From Candidatus Edwardsbacteria bacterium (GTDB lineage: Bacteria > Edwardsbacteria > AC1 > EtOH8), in contig JAGVNJ010000050.1 of assembly GCA_020053305.1 (NCBI GenBank), positions 368 through 64,367 on the forward strand: a stretch of 64,000 nucleotides of DNA. Direction: 5' to 3'. The notes beneath the pieces were generated by a model, which saw only the letters and a list, made by a program, of their open reading frames with translations, was not told where the DNA came from and made no database searches. Shown one piece after another: positions 61,056-64,000 of this stretch (position 1 is its first letter; each line of letters starts with the position of its first letter). The translations under genes were made by a program, and so were the position numbers.

Positions 61056-62225
61056 ATGAAGTTTGCAGCCAAGATGGAGAAACTGAAGGTCGAGACCGCC
61101 TTCGAGATGATGGCCAAGGCCAAGAAACTGGAGGCCGATGGCAAGAAGATCATCCACCTGGAGATCGGCGAGCCGGATTTTGACACCCCCAAGAACATCA
61201 AAGAGGCCGCCAAGAAGGCCCTGGATGCCGGCCAGACCCACTACGGGCCCTCGGCCGGCCTGCCCGAGCACCGCAAGGCCATCGCCGAGTATTATTCCCA
61301 GCAGATCGGCGTCCCCTACGGGCCGGAGAACGTGGTGGTGACCCCGGGCGCCAAGCCCATCATGTCCTTCGCCATCACCGCCCTGTTGGAGGAGGGCGAC
61401 GAATGCCTGGTGCCGGATCCCGGCTTTCCCATCTACCAGTCCATGGTCAAGTTCAACGGCGGGGTGCCGGTTCCGCTGCCGCTCCGGGAGGAGAACGATT
61501 TCCGGCTGGACGTCAATGAGCTGAAATCCAAGATCACCAAGAAGACCAAGCTGATCATCATCAACTCGCCCCATAATCCCACCGGGGGTATTTTGACCAA
61601 GGAAGATCTGAAGGCGGTGGCCGATATATCCGTCAACCATGACATCCCGGTGCTGTCCGATGAGATCTACGACCGGATGATCTACGATGGCAAATTCGAG
61701 AGCATCGCCCAGTTTCCCGGCATGAAGGAGCGGACCATCATCCTGAACGGCTACTCCAAGACCTACGCCATGACCGGCTGGCGGGTGGGCTACGGACTGA
61801 TGCCGGTGGAGCTGGTGGAGCACATGGCCCAGCTGATGACCAACATCAACTCCTGCACCGCCACCTTCAGCCAGATCGCCTGCATCGAAGCCCTGAAGGG
61901 GCCGCAGGACGAGGTGGACGCCATGCTGGCCGAGTTCAAGAAGCGGCGCAATTTCATAGTCAAGGGCCTCAACCAGATACCGGGCCTTTCCTGCCGGATG
62001 CCGGCCGGGGCCTTTTACGCCTTCGTCAACATCAAAAAGACCGGGATGACCTCCAAGCAGATGACCGAGTTCCTGCTGACCGAGGCCGGGGTCTGCGCCC
62101 TGGGCGGGTCCAACTTCGGGGCGGCCGGGGAGGGGTATATCCGCTTTTCCTACGCCAACTCCATAGAGAACATCGGGCAGGCGCTGGAGCAGATAGCCAA
62201 GGCTTTGGCGTCCAGAAAACAATAA
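61056..62225 (+). CDS. Class I/II PLP aminotransferase (aspartate aminotransferase-like)
   Basis: GEPDF, NSPHNPTG, SDEIY, SKTYAMTGWRVG. Confidence 0.93.
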   Translation: MKFAAKMEKLKVETAFEMMAKAKKLEADGKKIIHLEIGEPDFDTPKNIKEAAKKALDAGQTHYGPSAGLPEHRKAIAEYYSQQIGVPYGPENVVVTPGAKPIMSFAITALLEEGDECLVPDPGFPIYQSMVKFNGGVPVPLPLREENDFRLDVNELKSKITKKTKLIIINSPHNPTGGILTKEDLKAVADISVNHDIPVLSDEIYDRMIYDGKFESIAQFPGMKERTIILNGYSKTYAMTGWRVGYGLMPVELVEHMAQLMTNINSCTATFSQIACIEALKGPQDEVDAMLAEFKKRRNFIVKGLNQIPGLSCRMPAGAFYAFVNIKKTGMTSKQMTEFLLTEAGVCALGGSNFGAAGEGYIRFSYANSIENIGQALEQIAKALASRKQ

Positions 62226-62242
62226 AAGCTGTTCTTTAACAT

Positions 62243-63364
62243 ATGGAAACCAACTATCTGGCTTGGTTCAAGGCCATCGACATCGCCCTGCAGACACGTA
62301 AGGATTGCTTTCAGTTGCTGTCCAGCAATGTCTACGAGCCCTTGGATATTCTGGAGCGACATATCAAACAGAATTGGGACGAGCTTCGTCGGCTCCAGTC
62401 ATACAACAATGACTGGGGTCATCCGGTTCTTAAACAGAGGATAGCGGCCAGGCATGGGGTCAAGACCGCGGAGATACTGCTGACCAATGGCTGCACCAAC
62501 GCCACCTATCTTTCCATAATCTCCCAGGTCAAGCCGGGCGATGCCGTCATCTGCGAGACCCCGGCCTACCAGCCGATGTGGCAGACCGCCAGACTGTTGG
62601 GAGCAAAGATCAAATGGCTGAAGCGCCGGCCCCCGCACTACCGCGCCGATCCCGATGAACTGGCTGGTCTGGTCGACAAGAAGACCAGCCTGGTGATCCT
62701 GACCAATCTGCACAACCCCAGCGGGGCGCATCTATGCAAAAAGGAATTGGCGGATATTGCCCGGGCGGTGCGGAGGAAGAACAAAAAGACCCGGATCCTG
62801 ATGGACGAAGTGTTCCGCGATTTCGCGCCGGATAAACCGGCCAGCACGGTGGATCCGATATACATCTCCACCGGCAGCCTGTCCAAGGTCTACGGGCTGA
62901 GCCACCTGAAATGTGGTTGGATCCTGGCCGATAAAAAGACCATTGACCGTATCTCTCCGTACTTCGTCCTGTCCGACGGCAACGGCTCGCGTTATCTGGA
63001 GGCCATGTCAGCGGTGGTCTTTGATCATCTCGACCGGTACCTGTCCCGGTCCCAGGATATCGTGGCCCGCAACCGCAAGGAGCTGGTCAAGGCCGCCGGG
63101 CCGCTGATGAAAGAAGGCCTGATCTCGGGGGACATTCCGGACCAAGGCTGCATCTGGTTCCCAAAAGTGGCCGGGTTCAGGAATGCCGATAAACTGTCTG
63201 AGCTGCTGGCCAAGAGACATAAGGTCTATGTGGTGCCGGGCAGATTCTTTGGCGACGCCGGCAGGATAAGGATCGGCTTCGGGGGAGAGTCTGTAACGGT
63301 TTCCCGGAACCTGGAAAAATTCACCAGCGCTTTGCGGTCCGAAGAAAATCATAAAACGAGGTGA
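62243..63364 (+). CDS. Class I/II PLP aminotransferase
   Basis: TNLHNPSG, DEVF, SLSKVYGL..L.CGW, RIGFG. Confidence 0.85.
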   Translation: METNYLAWFKAIDIALQTRKDCFQLLSSNVYEPLDILERHIKQNWDELRRLQSYNNDWGHPVLKQRIAARHGVKTAEILLTNGCTNATYLSIISQVKPGDAVICETPAYQPMWQTARLLGAKIKWLKRRPPHYRADPDELAGLVDKKTSLVILTNLHNPSGAHLCKKELADIARAVRRKNKKTRILMDEVFRDFAPDKPASTVDPIYISTGSLSKVYGLSHLKCGWILADKKTIDRISPYFVLSDGNGSRYLEAMSAVVFDHLDRYLSRSQDIVARNRKELVKAAGPLMKEGLISGDIPDQGCIWFPKVAGFRNADKLSELLAKRHKVYVVPGRFFGDAGRIRIGFGGESVTVSRNLEKFTSALRSEENHKTR

Positions 63365-63367
63365 GCC

Positions 63368-63913
63368 ATGCCTAAGACCAAGGGAACCGGAATCGTCTGG
63401 CTGCGCGAACTGATAGAGTATAAAGGGGCTGAGGCCGAACAGCAAATGGCCCAAACGCTCTCGCCTGAGGATTTCAAAAATTACCGGATCGCCATGCCCA
63501 TCAACTGGATCTCCGAGGAATCGGCCACCAACATCTACCGGGCAGCAGGGACCATCCTTTTTGCCGACAAGCCCAATGTGATAGAGGAGGTGGGCCGGGG
63601 GATGGCCAAGAACAACATGACCGGAATCTACAGCATCTTCCTCAAATTCGTCACCATTCCCTTCATGCTCAAGCAGGCCTCCCGGCTGTGGAAGACCTAC
63701 CATGACACCGGAAAAACATCGCTCGAGGAGGCGCCGGGTGAGAACCGGATCACCTTCAAAGTGTCAGAATTTCCCGAACTGCCCAGGGATATGAGGCAGG
63801 TTCTGAGGGGTTATATCCTTGGTCTGTCGGATCTGGTGAAGGCCCAGAACACCCGGGTCGAGCTTGACGAATCAGATCCCCAGGGATGGAAATGGCTCAT
63901 CACCTGGCAGTGA
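63368..63913 (+). CDS. Hypothetical protein, DUF2378/V4R-like
   Basis: KG at N-terminus, W.., E.GR, LW..Y...G, terminal W pattern recalled from myxobacterial DUF2378 proteins. Confidence 0.45.
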   Translation: MPKTKGTGIVWLRELIEYKGAEAEQQMAQTLSPEDFKNYRIAMPINWISEESATNIYRAAGTILFADKPNVIEEVGRGMAKNNMTGIYSIFLKFVTIPFMLKQASRLWKTYHDTGKTSLEEAPGENRITFKVSEFPELPRDMRQVLRGYILGLSDLVKAQNTRVELDESDPQGWKWLITWQ

Positions 63914-64000
63914 AGTCATCTTCAGCCATATAAAATATATTGATAATTGGCCATAAGTTTGATATCATTATCTCTTGGTTGTCAGGTTTTGGTTATTGGA

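Noticed and set aside
60611-61183. 190-aa ORF spanning the GDT1 gene
   Set aside because: Built from repeat-arm translations (ICVICG, SPAYAGMT) and overlaps two real genes
63948-63963. tggccataagtttga as a sigma54 promoter
   Set aside because: -12 position is GA rather than GC, and the downstream gene is outside the window

Overview
Chromosomal window from a Gram-negative, moderately GC-rich bacterium. The SprA homologue and delta-proteobacterial-style pil genes suggest an FCB-related candidate lineage such as TA06/Edwardsbacteria; this is inference only. 1-33.4 kb: a large mosaic surface-glycan locus (Gmd/Rmd, RmlC/RmlB-like, UDP-HexNAc dehydrogenase, Wza/Wzz, two Wzx, three Wzy/WaaL-like proteins, nine GTs, two phosphoglycosyl transferases, a PglF/DegT/acetyltransferase block) with an AT-rich island at about 7.1-12.3 kb. 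It is followed by metK-ahcY and convergent lptFG. 38.4-60.1 kb: sprA-like barrel, comEA, three tandem pilB paralogues, pilT, pilC, a PilS-PilR one-component fusion with no kinase catalytic or receiver domain, a 2TM-HAMP-coiled-coil protein fused in frame to a complete type IV prepilin, pilA and a pilGHI-like ABC module. Both pilin genes have sigma54 -24/-12 promoters. The best candidate novel system is this phosphorylation-free pilus regulatory circuit (one-component PilSR plus HAMP-prepilin fusion). The second is a GxxExxY nuclease gene bracketed by periodic inverted repeats, with gene-less relatives in other intergenic gaps. All calls come from visual motif recognition; no searches were run.
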